Source: Planctomycetota bacterium
GTDB taxonomy: Bacteria; Planctomycetota; GCA-002687715; DRQF01
DNA length: 64,000 nt
Assembly (NCBI GenBank): GCA_047639315.1
Contig: JBLINQ010000008.1
Span: 810 to 64,809 of the forward strand
Reading direction: 5' to 3'
The stretch's first letter is position 1; every line of letters begins with the position of its first letter. A model generated the notes under the pieces. That model saw nothing but the letters and a program-made list of their open reading frames with translations, did not search any database and was not told the DNA's origin. The position numbers were made by a program, and so were the translations under genes. This document shows positions 18,564 to 28,545 of this stretch, piece after piece.

Positions 18564-20078
18564 CTAACCAGGTTGGCCAACGCAGGTGACATAGATCACG
18601 CCTTCGTTGGTTTTCCGTTGGAAGAGACTGTTCACTTGGTCATCGAAGTAACCGCCGATACCGCTCACGCCTAAGTCTAACTTCAGGGCAGCGATGTTGA
18701 TGCGTTGGCCGATGTTGCCAGCATCTAGGTTGAGATAGCGATAAGAGCGATCACCGGTTGATGCCACAGCCTCTTCGATGTCTGCCAAGTGATAGATAAC
18801 CACGCTGGCATCTCGCAAAAGCTCTTGCCCAAGCCCAATCTCGTGGTTCTCACGAGCGAAGTAACCGCGCTTCAATAGCAACAAGCGTGAGCTATGCGGA
18901 TCATATCGATAGAGACCGGCGTCGAGGTCGTCTACTCGGTGGACGGCGACGTAGGTGTGTATGCGTGCTGGATCGAGGAAGAAGTCTTGGCTTGCTTCAC
19001 TGGTACCGAGATAGGCGTAACCCAGAATCATTCCCAATTGCTCACAGGTCATCGACGACGCACTCTTGAAGCTGCGAGTCGAGCGACGAAGGAGAATCGA
19101 TGGTCCTAAGGAGCGTTCCCAATCGATTAGTTTGCGGCTAAGCGCAAAGGTCAATTGAGACGTCTCACCAGAAACCAAAAAGGGTGGCAATGGCGAGGTC
19201 GTCTTGACTTCTGGCCCAGTGATCTTTCCAGCTTCATGGACCGCATGAATAGAATTATCTTCATCAAAGGCAACGGAAGTGTCGCTCACCCCCAAAGGCT
19301 GACGTCCGGATTTCTCGTTGGGTAAGGCGGCCATCATGAGCATCGACTCTGCACTCTGATCGAAGAACATCAGCTCGTCGATGGCAGTATCATTAAATGC
19401 TGAAACGGTGACTGGCGTGTATCCCAGTTCGGGGCCGAAGGCCATCAAGTTGCCAATGATATGGCCCGAGTCGAGAAGGATCCGGCGATAAGCACGATCA
19501 TGATAGCGCCAACTGGATCGCTGAAAAACGATGCTAAACAAGATGACTATGTTTGAGTCAGCTATCGCTTCGGAACCGTATGTGTGCGCTTCCAAGTCGC
19601 GCCAATAATTGCCCTCTAAGACCGGGGCTAAGGTGTGATCTCGAACCTGGAAATTATAGATGCCGTCGTCTACTCCAGGAAGATCTCTGATTGCGACGTA
19701 GATCTCAGTTGGGTACAGCGCGCCGGCCGAAGGGGAGGCCCGGAAACAAATTGGTTCACCGTGAGTTTGCTGCTGCGCAGTCACACCGCCTATATGAAGT
19801 AAGAGTGTCGAGAGCCGGCTCAATTCACAGGTGGGCGACATCGGATCTGGGTCGAGTAGAACCGGATCGTCCGAGCCTTCTTGACGGCCCAGAAGCAAGA
19901 GCTCGCCCAAGGCGATTCGGGTTTTCGAGTGAAAGCTCTTGTAAGGCTCAGGCTGAGCTGCCCAATCTACTGGCGCAACGTCCCGGATGGTCTCAGGATC
20001 GTATTTGGTGGCGTTGTGGTAGTCGTTTGCAGTTGACACGATTGCTCCCTTGGGTGTCCAAGGGTGTAACATCTGCAA
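18564..20078 (-). CDS. SagB/ThcOx-family tandem nitroreductase-fold dehydrogenase
   Basis: YHNATKY...W..QP.PYK, RASPSAGALYPTEIY, WRYHDRAYRRILLD.GH, second domain RRSTRSF...YRYLNLDAG. Confidence 0.85.
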   Translation of the reverse strand: MQMLHPWTPKGAIVSTANDYHNATKYDPETIRDVAPVDWAAQPEPYKSFHSKTRIALGELLLLGRQEGSDDPVLLDPDPMSPTCELSRLSTLLLHIGGVTAQQQTHGEPICFRASPSAGALYPTEIYVAIRDLPGVDDGIYNFQVRDHTLAPVLEGNYWRDLEAHTYGSEAIADSNIVILFSIVFQRSSWRYHDRAYRRILLDSGHIIGNLMAFGPELGYTPVTVSAFNDTAIDELMFFDQSAESMLMMAALPNEKSGRQPLGVSDTSVAFDEDNSIHAVHEAGKITGPEVKTTSPLPPFLVSGETSQLTFALSRKLIDWERSLGPSILLRRSTRSFKSASSMTCEQLGMILGYAYLGTSEASQDFFLDPARIHTYVAVHRVDDLDAGLYRYDPHSSRLLLLKRGYFARENHEIGLGQELLRDASVVIYHLADIEEAVASTGDRSYRYLNLDAGNIGQRINIAALKLDLGVSGIGGYFDDQVNSLFQRKTNEGVIYVTCVGQPG

Positions 20079-20110
20079 AGCAGGAAGGGAAACATTCTCA
20101 TCCAGCGAGT

Positions 20111-22456
20111 TTATTCGCCGAAGTACTTGCCAATCACCTCGCGTAGAACATTAGGTTTGATTGGCTTCGAAACGTAGTCGTCCATGCCCGCGTCGATACA
20201 AATCTCGCGGTCGCCCTTCATCGCGTTCGCAGTCACCGCTACGATCGGAATTTCGATCCCACGATCCCGTAGGGCCTCGGTTGCGTCCAATCCACCCATG
20301 ACGGGCATCTGGAGGTCCATCAGAATAATGTCAAAGTCGTCATCGTCGTCCGTCATCTCTAGGGCGATCGCGCCATTTTCAGCTATGCAGGTTTCGAAGC
20401 CCCACTTCTTGAGCATACTGGTAATGAGTTTCTGATTGATGGTATTGTCTTCCACAACAAGAATTCGACCGTTCGAAGACCCTTCCGACTTTGGTATTGT
20501 GATTTCTACATCAACCACCGATTCGTCCTCCTTGTCTGCTTCATTAAGGGCTTCCAACACGAAATTGTAAAGCTCAGACGCCTTGAACGGACGTTGGAGG
20601 TGCATGTTACTGCGGCTCGTAGCGTTGTGTCCGCTAAGTTGCCCCCCAACAGTGATGATTCGTGGGCAAGTTTCTTTGCACTCAGCGATCACCGATAGGT
20701 TGGCCCGACAGGAAGTTATCTCCATGTCGAGATCAACAATGGCAATCTCGAATGGACTCCCGCTTCTTGCAGCATTCGTGATCAACTCGCGTATCGATTC
20801 AGGCCGACTCACGAACTTTGGTTTTATGTTCCAAGATAGAAGCAGATCCTTGAGATTCTTCTCTTCAGCCTCATCACTCTCGACTACTAAGATTGAAATC
20901 CCGTCCATTCTTGTGTCGTCGACAAAAGTTGGCCCATTCTCTTCACTGGCACGTTCAAGTCGAGCAGTGAAGTGGAATGTTGATCCTTCGTTGGTTGTAC
21001 TTTCAGCCCAAATATCGCCGTTCATTAGAGCGACGAGCTGTTTCGAAATTGCTAACCCTAAGCCGGTCCCACCGTATTGTCTTGTGGTCGAGCCATCGGC
21101 TTGAATGAACGGCGAGAAGATTGCTTCGAGCTGATCCTCCGCGATACCTATGCCGCTGTCTTTTACCGAGAAGTGAAGCTCAACGTAGCCATCTACCTCC
21201 GACTCCAATTCAACACCAATCGAAACGGAACCTTCGTCCGTGAACTTGATGGCATTGCCAATCAAGTTGATCAAAACCTGGCGCAATTTAGCTGAGTCAC
21301 CGATAACCAAGGTCGGGATATTGGTGTCGGAACGGCAGAGCATTCGGACGCCCTTGCTATTGGCAGAGTGAGCCAGGACTTTGGTGGAATCACAGACATG
21401 ATCATGAACATTGAATTCATGGAGGTCTAACTCCATGCGGCCAGCCTCAATCTTGGAGAAGTCGAGAATGTCATTGATGATGACGAGCAAGGCCTCTGCC
21501 GATGAATCTACGATCTGCAAAAACTCTTTTTGCTCCTCGTCCAAATCGGTGTCGAGGGCGAGCTCGGTCATGCCAATGATGCCGTTCAGTGGCGTGCGAA
21601 TCTCGTGACTCATATTCGCCAAGAACTCGGATTTGGCACGTGTTCCTTCTTCCGCGCGTTCTTTCGCCCGGACGAGATTCTTGTTCAAGTCGATGAGTTC
21701 GCGGGTCCGGTCTTTCACTTCGCTTTCGAGCGTATTACTGTGTCGAGCGAGTTCAGCATCGCGCTGTTGGACACGCGACAGCATCACGTTGAAGAGCTCA
21801 ACGAGGCGACCGATTTCATCATTGCCGAGCTTCTGAGCTCTTAAGGAGTAGTTCTTGTTCTCCGAGATCTGGCTGGCCACGCTGGAGAGGCTGGCAATTG
21901 GGTCGGAGATGATCTTCTGCATCTTCCGGGCCAAGAAGTAAGTCAAGCCTAAGATCGTGATCATGAGCAACAACGCCATTTGCACCAACCTGGCCTGCAT
22001 TGTCTTTTCGTCGAGTCGATCGCTTAGGACATAGACGGTGCCCAGCTGTTCCCCGTCGAGTTGAATGCGCTGAACGACCGCTACGGTCTTGTCCATGATC
22101 TCAAAGCTGCCGACGCCGCTAAACTGAGGTTTCCAATCGTCGGCGCCGTCGCGATTGTAGCTCGCGAATGTCTCACCACTGACGTCGAAAACGACGCAGT
22201 TTATGACGTGGCCTTGTTCGCCGAGTATCTCTAAGCTCTTGAGCGCATCCTCTTTGGCTTCGAATTGGAGAGGCGCTCTGATATTCGCAGCGACGATCTT
22301 GGCGACGGTGCTAACTTGTTCGATTTTGCTTGAGCGCAACATACGCATGTTGGCGAGAAACAACCCGCCGCATGCGAGGGCCAACACAAGTGCACTTGAA
22401 CACATGATGACCCATGTGATTTTTGCTCTGATCGAGATGTCGCGGAAGTGTCTCAA
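20111..22456 (-). CDS. Hybrid sensor histidine kinase (periplasmic sensor, HAMP, HisKA, HATPase, two receiver domains)
   Basis: [16 protein letters not shown]-box, [11 protein letters not shown]-box, DSGIGI, GGTGLGL; degenerate first REC, intact second REC (VEDN, MDLQMP, KPI). Confidence 0.92.
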   Translation of the reverse strand: MRHFRDISIRAKITWVIMCSSALVLALACGGLFLANMRMLRSSKIEQVSTVAKIVAANIRAPLQFEAKEDALKSLEILGEQGHVINCVVFDVSGETFASYNRDGADDWKPQFSGVGSFEIMDKTVAVVQRIQLDGEQLGTVYVLSDRLDEKTMQARLVQMALLLMITILGLTYFLARKMQKIISDPIASLSSVASQISENKNYSLRAQKLGNDEIGRLVELFNVMLSRVQQRDAELARHSNTLESEVKDRTRELIDLNKNLVRAKERAEEGTRAKSEFLANMSHEIRTPLNGIIGMTELALDTDLDEEQKEFLQIVDSSAEALLVIINDILDFSKIEAGRMELDLHEFNVHDHVCDSTKVLAHSANSKGVRMLCRSDTNIPTLVIGDSAKLRQVLINLIGNAIKFTDEGSVSIGVELESEVDGYVELHFSVKDSGIGIAEDQLEAIFSPFIQADGSTTRQYGGTGLGLAISKQLVALMNGDIWAESTTNEGSTFHFTARLERASEENGPTFVDDTRMDGISILVVESDEAEEKNLKDLLLSWNIKPKFVSRPESIRELITNAARSGSPFEIAIVDLDMEITSCRANLSVIAECKETCPRIITVGGQLSGHNATSRSNMHLQRPFKASELYNFVLEALNEADKEDESVVDVEITIPKSEGSSNGRILVVEDNTINQKLITSMLKKWGFETCIAENGAIALEMTDDDDDFDIILMDLQMPVMGGLDATEALRDRGIEIPIVAVTANAMKGDREICIDAGMDDYVSKPIKPNVLREVIGKYFGE

Positions 22457-22457
22457 G

Positions 22458-23093
22458 CTACTTTTTCTTTTTCTTCTTCTCTTGCAAGATGCGAATGGCC
22501 ATTTTCAAGATCTGAGACGAAATCTTCAGTTTCGAACTCTTCGCCGCAATCATGTTTACTTCGAACTTGACTCTGTTGCTCTTGATGAGAAATCCAAGGG
22601 TGCCGCCATCGTCAATGAACCCAGTCTTTTCGCCAACAAGAAGGACGTGATCCTTTTGGGCGATCGCAATCACTTCTTTTACTTCGTCATCTGATAGCGA
22701 GCGACTGACAAACAAAACCTGTGTCTTTTTGATATCCCCAACATTCTCGAAGCGCTTAATCACGATCTTGCGTTTGTTGATCGGCTTAAGTTTGGTGAGG
22801 AGGTCGAGTTCCTTGCCGAATGGGTCTTTACCCACAATACCAATCGTGATCTTGGTTGAATTCTTCTTCAGGTTTGCAGTTGGCCAGGTGACCCAACGAA
22901 CAATGCGGTAAAGGAAAAGAGCCTTGATGCGATATTCCGAATCGCGGGAACCGACTTCAGACGAAATCGGTGGGGCCGAATGCCTGGAGCGAGAATCGCT
23001 TCCAGAGGCATGCCCTCCGATTGTGCATACGACGAAGATGACGAGCGCTAAGCCCGTTGTCTTCCATCGATTTGTCGTCTGAGTTCCAGGCAT
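22458..23093 (-). CDS. YfiR family periplasmic protein (DUF4154)
   Basis: [32 protein letters not shown]...[19 protein letters not shown] 23093 overlaps the TAA of the receptor gene. Confidence 0.88.
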   Translation of the reverse strand: MPGTQTTNRWKTTGLALVIFVVCTIGGHASGSDSRSRHSAPPISSEVGSRDSEYRIKALFLYRIVRWVTWPTANLKKNSTKITIGIVGKDPFGKELDLLTKLKPINKRKIVIKRFENVGDIKKTQVLFVSRSLSDDEVKEVIAIAQKDHVLLVGEKTGFIDDGGTLGFLIKSNRVKFEVNMIAAKSSKLKISSQILKMAIRILQEKKKKKK

Positions 23094-25168
23094 TAGAAAG
23101 TAAAGTCCATCCAAAAGTATGCCGTGCGATCGACTTCGCTTGCTTGCCGACCAAACGTTCCGCCGTATTCCGGATGGCGACGATCGAGGAGGTTCCGAAC
23201 TCCAATAGCGAGTTCTAGATTCTCAAGAGGTCGCCAACGTACTTGCAAATCCAAGCGCACATAACTTGGGATATTCTGTGTTCGAAGGTTGTCCGTCCAA
23301 AATAGGGACGTGTTGAACTCTAAGTCATCTGTGATGTTCCAGTGGGCGCGCAAGACGACGCGATGATTCGGGCTGTTGCCTTCCGCGTTATTGACTTCTG
23401 GATCGGTGGTGCCAACCCCGTGAACCTGCACCCGAATGAAACTGTAGCTGGCAGAAACACGCAGCGCTTCATATGGGCGCCATTCCGAGGAGACCTCGAA
23501 GCCGTAGGATTCTGCCTTGGCCCGGTTTTGATTGATGGCTTGCAGGAGAGGTAACCCGCCTTGAATGGACACACCAAGAATGTCGTTCGTCGCCACATGT
23601 TCGTAGTCGTTGTAGAACATGGCCAAGTCGAATGAGAGATTGCTCGCTGGGCGAACACGGTAGCCGACTTCAAAGGCAATGAGGTCAATCGAGTTCGCAT
23701 GCTCGTTAGCGTGGAGCACTGGAATGACAGGGCTTCCTCCGAGATTGATTGGGTTCTGGCGAATCGTCAGGTCTTGCGTACCTCTCGAGGGCGTTTCAAC
23801 AGCCCTCGAGACCGCGGTCCAAAGAGTATGCTCCGGTGCTGGTGTCCATATCAAGCGTACGCTGGGCTGAATTTCAAAGCCACTGAAGTCGTTATGTGAG
23901 AACTTGCTGCCAAACGTGAGTTTCAGTTCGTTTTCAACAAGAGTTAGTTCGTCTTGGACAAATGCACTGAAGATCTGATATCTCCTTGCGTCCGGATCGG
24001 CAAAGATTTGGAAGCTGCCCTCAAAGTCGTCAGAAACATAACGATAGCCCACGCCCCAAATCACGCGATTCGAATCGCCGATGGCAAACCGATGTTGGAA
24101 ATCTAGGTCATAAGTATTGCGGGTGTCCTTGAAGAGGCCGTCCGTTCGTTCGGTGCGATCGACATAGAGCTGGAGCGTGAAATCTTGCTCATCCGAAATC
24201 CTGTGCTTCCATCTGGTGATGAGATTCGCACCGGCAATATCGATGGTGTCTTCGAGAATGTTTGCGAGGTTTGATGAAGTCGGATCAGAGATGTCGATCG
24301 TCTGTTCAGCGGTCCCATCATAGGCGTCGCCCTGAACGGTGAGTTCGTCTCGCCCCGAAAGGAGCATGTCGAGGCGAAAGCCAATTTGCTTCATCGCCCA
24401 ATCACCGTGTGTGTCGCTGCTTGATGCCGAGCCAAAGTCGTCGCGGTCAAAATATTGCCCGTAGACACGAAGATGAGCATCCTCGCCGACTTTCATTCCG
24501 TAGTTGATGACATTTTCTATGTTGTTGGTGCCTACGACAGTCTTCACTCTGCCGCCAAGTGTCTCTTTGGCGGATTTGGTGATGATATTGATGATGCCGT
24601 TGACGGCATTCGCGCCCCAAAGCGTGGCGCCGGGGCCGCGAATCACTTCGATGCGGTCAATATTCTCGACGGGCGTTGACTGTTGGTTCCAGAAAGTGCC
24701 CGAGAATAGGGGCGTGTAGAGTGTGCGGCCATCCATGAGGACAAGCATCTTACTGGCAAAGATTCCGTTGAAACCACGGGCAGTGACGGCCCAGCGATGA
24801 CGCGTGACTTGTGCGACCTCAATGCCGGGGACCAAACGTAAGGCCTCCGGGATCGAACGGGCACCGGCACGTTGGATATCGTCTTGGGTTACGACGAAAA
24901 TTGCCGCTGGAGAGTGTGACAGTGGCTGAGCTGATTTGGATACGGAAGTCACTTCCATATCCAAGAGATCCGCTAAATCAAGCTCGCTCAGCTCGTCCAT
25001 ATCCTCTTGGGTGCCATTTTCGACGAGATCCGGATCCTTCATGGTCTCATCTTGTTGGCCGACTGCGACGCTAAAGATGGCAGCCCAGACTATGAGGATC
25101 CCCCAAGTGGGTGGTAATCGCAGCGGACGGATATGTCTATATCCGCGCTTTCTTGACTCATGCAGCAT
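23093..25168 (-). CDS. TonB-dependent outer membrane receptor
   Basis: DLLDMEVTSVSK, plug (IPEALRLVPG, RIEVIRGPGATLWGANAVNGIINIITK), C-terminal NLLDRRHPEY and terminal Phe. Confidence 0.92.
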   Translation of the reverse strand: MLHESRKRGYRHIRPLRLPPTWGILIVWAAIFSVAVGQQDETMKDPDLVENGTQEDMDELSELDLADLLDMEVTSVSKSAQPLSHSPAAIFVVTQDDIQRAGARSIPEALRLVPGIEVAQVTRHRWAVTARGFNGIFASKMLVLMDGRTLYTPLFSGTFWNQQSTPVENIDRIEVIRGPGATLWGANAVNGIINIITKSAKETLGGRVKTVVGTNNIENVINYGMKVGEDAHLRVYGQYFDRDDFGSASSSDTHGDWAMKQIGFRLDMLLSGRDELTVQGDAYDGTAEQTIDISDPTSSNLANILEDTIDIAGANLITRWKHRISDEQDFTLQLYVDRTERTDGLFKDTRNTYDLDFQHRFAIGDSNRVIWGVGYRYVSDDFEGSFQIFADPDARRYQIFSAFVQDELTLVENELKLTFGSKFSHNDFSGFEIQPSVRLIWTPAPEHTLWTAVSRAVETPSRGTQDLTIRQNPINLGGSPVIPVLHANEHANSIDLIAFEVGYRVRPASNLSFDLAMFYNDYEHVATNDILGVSIQGGLPLLQAINQNRAKAESYGFEVSSEWRPYEALRVSASYSFIRVQVHGVGTTDPEVNNAEGNSPNHRVVLRAHWNITDDLEFNTSLFWTDNLRTQNIPSYVRLDLQVRWRPLENLELAIGVRNLLDRRHPEYGGTFGRQASEVDRTAYFWMDFTF

Positions 25169-25458
25169 GATTTATTTCCTTGGGAATCGTTTTGCTGCGA
25201 ATCGTTCTCTTGAAACGACCTAAGAGCGCAGTCAAACGGACTTTCCGTGCTTTTCTTCCCACTGATGCTTCGACAAAGATACTTTCCTAAGTTTAACTTT
25301 TATGAGGTGATCTTTGGCAATCGGGGTGAATTCCGACTGGTCGAGTGGATTCGCACTCGGATGGACGATAAATCTGTATTGAGATTGCAGTGCTGGGGGC
25401 ATCGCCTGTACTCTCGACCCATCACCCCCTGATGATGACTACTCGGAGGAATCGAAGA

Positions 25459-26298
25459 ATGAAGAATTTGGCATTGATTGTCTGCCTCGTTGCCCTTGGC
25501 AGCATGGCAGTCCCAACGACATTATTCAGCCAATGCTGAGGTGCTGGGGGTAAAGCAAAAACCCCTAGCGGCGCTGGACGCGTCGAAACTCCCATTGCAA
25601 AAGAAATGCGTAGCCCTGCTGTGGCAACCGAGCTTGAGATCAATTGGATCGAAGCTCAGTGGCCAACTTCCTGGGATGAGAAGTATGGCGATCAAGCCCT
25701 TCCTCTCAGCGCACTTTCGAAGTTGTCAGACGACAAGAACAAACCTTCTCTCGTCTATGTTGTCCGTGGCAACGAAGAAGAGAAGCAGCTCATCAACGAA
25801 GACAAGATGTTTGGCTCCATTGATGTTGTTCTCGCCAGTCGTTTCTTCCGTTGCTATCGCATTGTTGACAGCGATATCACAGACGAGAAGATTCGCGCGA
25901 AGTATCTGTTGAAGAAGGGCCCCACGGTCATTCTTCTCGATGCCAAGGGCAACGAAATGTTGAAGAACAAGAAGAGCGTTTCGAAGACTTGGGTCTACAG
26001 CAAGCTGAAAAAGCAGTTCTCATATGACTTCGACGGCAAGATGTCGACTCACGTGAAGAAACTCTCCGCTTGGCTCGACGAGCTCGAAAAAGCTGACGAC
26101 AAGAAGGCTGACGCAGAACGTCTTTATCGTACTGCTGCAGACCGTTTCGAAAAACGCGAGACACCTGCTTCGACTCGTTCATTGGCAAAGGCTGAGAAAG
26201 CTTATGCTGACTCGGAAACCACATTTGACAAGATCAAAGAGCGCGGCCCAAAGTTGAGTAGCCCTCAATTGAAGACTCAGAATACTGCAAAGAAGTAG
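25459..26298 (+). CDS. Exported thioredoxin-fold-like protein with N-terminal Cys-Sec (CU) motif (predicted selenoprotein, UGA at 25537-25539)
   Basis: GGAGGA RBS and ATG 25459 give MKNLALIVCLVALGSMAVPTTLFSQC-TGA-GAGGKAKTPSGAGRVETPIAKE, exactly in frame (49 codons) with track ORF 25606..26298, whose own ATG has no RBS or signal peptide. Confidence 0.75.
25543..25577 (+). promoter_or_regulatory. Hairpin(s) immediately 3' of the in-frame UGA (candidate SECIS)
   Basis: GCTGGGGGT-AAAGCAAAA-ACCCCTAGC (9 bp, one G-U) starts 3 nt after the UGA. An alternative CTAGC-GGC-GCTGG hairpin puts a G-led loop 30 nt after the UGA. Confidence 0.45.
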
Positions 26299-26326
26299 TT
26301 TCAAAGAGCCTTGAATGATCAGACAG

Positions 26327-26364
26327 AAGAGCGCCTCGATCGTCGATCGAGGCGCTCTTTTTTT
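26327..26364 (+). terminator. Intrinsic terminator
   Basis: AAGAGCGCCTCGAT-CGTCG-ATCGAGGCGCTCTT followed by a T run. Confidence 0.85.
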
Positions 26365-26480
26365 GTTCGACGCATTCAAACAAGGATCGAGGCCGGACCC
26401 CGATACACCGCAAGGGAGAGTGGCTTGTTTGCATCAGCGCCGACGATCTCACCATCAGACATCACAATAATTATTGCGAA

Positions 26481-27305
26481 TTACCTCTGACATTTCGGGC
26501 AATAGAATGTCGACCGATTGCTCTGAATCGAGCGTCGGATCGGTACTTCACATGTCTTGCATGGTTCGCCCTCACGATCGTAAACCGTCAGCTTGATGGC
26601 GAAATAGCCTGCCTCTTCGGACGGGTCGAGGAAGTCCCTCAGAGTTGTCCCGCCAACCTTGATAGCGCGGTCCAGAACTCCTTTGATGGCTGCAACCAAG
26701 AGATCGATCCGTTCGCGGCTCAGACGGCCTGCGGCACGATGAGGATGGATGCCTGATAGGTGCAAGGCTTCGCTGGCATAGATGTTGCCAACGCCAACGA
26801 CGATGTTGGCATCCATGATGAAGTTCTTGATGGGGCGTTGACGTTTGCGGCACTTAGCATGGAGATAGTCTGCATCGAAGGCGGAACACAGGGGCTCGGG
26901 GCCCAAGTTGCACAGCAAGGGATGCTGTTGCAGGCGGTCGTTGGCAACCGACTCGAGCATGCCGAAGCGACGCGGATCGATATAGCGGAGCTCTTGGCGC
27001 CCGCTGAGAAAGAAGGTGGCGTGCGTGTGCAAGGCTTTCGCGGTCTGAGGACTACAGAACTGAAACCTGCCAGTCATTCCCAAGTGGGAGAGCAAGGTCG
27101 TACGGGCACCGCAGGCGATCAGGAGGTACTTGCCTCTGCGCTCGATCTTCTTGATCGTGGTGCCTACGAGTGTGCGTATGAATTCTTGCTCGGCGACCGG
27201 ATAGCGCAGTCGCGTTTCATCGATAACGATGCGATTGATCTTGCGACCAATGAGAAGCGGCTCTAGGCCCCTTCGTACCGTTTCAACTTCCGGTAATTCT
27301 GGCAT
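26481..27305 (-). CDS. mutM: Formamidopyrimidine-DNA glycosylase
   Basis: N-terminal PELPEVE, HLGMTG, GVGNIYASE H2TH motif, C-terminal CKTC...CPKCQ zinc finger. Confidence 0.96.
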   Translation of the reverse strand: MPELPEVETVRRGLEPLLIGRKINRIVIDETRLRYPVAEQEFIRTLVGTTIKKIERRGKYLLIACGARTTLLSHLGMTGRFQFCSPQTAKALHTHATFFLSGRQELRYIDPRRFGMLESVANDRLQQHPLLCNLGPEPLCSAFDADYLHAKCRKRQRPIKNFIMDANIVVGVGNIYASEALHLSGIHPHRAAGRLSRERIDLLVAAIKGVLDRAIKVGGTTLRDFLDPSEEAGYFAIKLTVYDREGEPCKTCEVPIRRSIQSNRSTFYCPKCQR

Positions 27306-27322
27306 TAGCTGATCACGGGTCC

Positions 27323-27994
27323 TTAGTCGACAGGCTCTTGCGGTACTTTGCCGTCAAGGCGATCGAGTAGGTCACGAGCGCGTTGTTGGTCATGCACGAA
27401 GGAATCCGGACTCAGATTGACCCGTGTCCAAGTTGCCGCGTCGGCGAGCTTCATCGAGACGATGGTCTGTAGGTCTCCACGTGCCGAAGCGATGACGACG
27501 GAGTCGAGCCAAGGAGTTGTCCTTTGCGCCATCGCAAACGACTCCAGAGTGTCGATCTGTTGCCAAATACGGTGATAAGCGCTCTCTTGGCTAAAAGTCC
27601 GAAGCTGGTCCTCCGGTCGGCGGATATGGGTTCCACCTTTTGCTTTCAGAGCACTGTCTTCGATGCGAGCCCGTTGATTGACCTCACGCTTCATGAGCGT
27701 AATGGCGGCGTCCGAAATCAGATCTTGCGCGACATAGGGATGCAATGCATCGGCGCGTGCATGAGCAAGTTCGGCCAAACCACGAACGCGAATGTCGTAT
27801 TTGGGGCTAGTCTCCCAGCTCGACGTCGCAATAATTGCTTCATTGAGTTCGTTGTAGGCACTTTCAAAATAGAGGACGTCGCTCGCGAACCCGTCTGGGT
27901 CAGCCACGATGGGCTCTTCCGGCGTACTGGTGCAAGCGGTGAGGGTAAAAAGTGCCAAAGCAAACAACATGAACATTCGATTTGTGGTGACCAT
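27323..27994 (-). CDS. Hypothetical lipoprotein
   Basis: ATG 27994 with a GGGAG RBS; hydrophobic signal with LTAC lipobox; helical mature part with no recognised family. Confidence 0.65.
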   Translation of the reverse strand: MVTTNRMFMLFALALFTLTACTSTPEEPIVADPDGFASDVLYFESAYNELNEAIIATSSWETSPKYDIRVRGLAELAHARADALHPYVAQDLISDAAITLMKREVNQRARIEDSALKAKGGTHIRRPEDQLRTFSQESAYHRIWQQIDTLESFAMAQRTTPWLDSVVIASARGDLQTIVSMKLADAATWTRVNLSPDSFVHDQQRARDLLDRLDGKVPQEPVD

Positions 27995-28004
27995 GACCGG
28001 CTCC

Positions 28005-28541
28005 CTATTTCTTCTTTGGACGAAAGACCTTGACGACACCCTCATTGCCTTCAAGGAAAGGTCCTTCGGCAAGGTCTATACAATAGGGGATAGCTGGAAA
28101 AACTGCATCCAAACAAACCCGAATTGAGGCCGGCTTTCCAGGCAGATTAACCACCAAGCTCTTTCCGACGATTCCAGCCGTTTGACGGGATAAGATCGCG
28201 GTCGGCACATAGTCCAAGGATACTTTCCTCATCAGTTCGCCAAAGCCCGGAAGTAGCTTATCGCATACTTGTTCCATCGCTTCGGGCATGACGTCTCGAG
28301 GGGAAGGCCCTGTGCTTCCGGTGCTGCAAATAAGAGCGCACCCTTCCTTGGCAAAACTCAAGACCGCCTCAATGATCGTCGGGATTTCATCCGGTACGAC
28401 TTTAATTTCATAATCACAGTCTGTGGCGATGTATTCTCGAAGGCAGCTTTCGATACCAGGACCCGACAGATCCTCATAGATCCCTTGACTTGCTCGATCG
28501 GAGATTGTCAGAATACCGATCTTGGGTTTTTTCTCAGTCAT
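28005..28541 (-). CDS. mog: Molybdopterin adenylyltransferase
   Basis: ILTISDRAS.G.YED.SG, TGSTG..PRDV.PEA, GFGELMR.VSL..VPTAILSRQ, NLPGKP. Confidence 0.93.
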   Translation of the reverse strand: MTEKKPKIGILTISDRASQGIYEDLSGPGIESCLREYIATDCDYEIKVVPDEIPTIIEAVLSFAKEGCALICSTGSTGPSPRDVMPEAMEQVCDKLLPGFGELMRKVSLDYVPTAILSRQTAGIVGKSLVVNLPGKPASIRVCLDAVFPAIPYCIDLAEGPFLEGNEGVVKVFRPKKK

Positions 28542-28545
28542 GGTC

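Noticed and set aside
26234-26455. Small minus-strand ORF downstream of mutM
   Set aside because: Runs through a strong terminator and into the convergent gene; no coding features.
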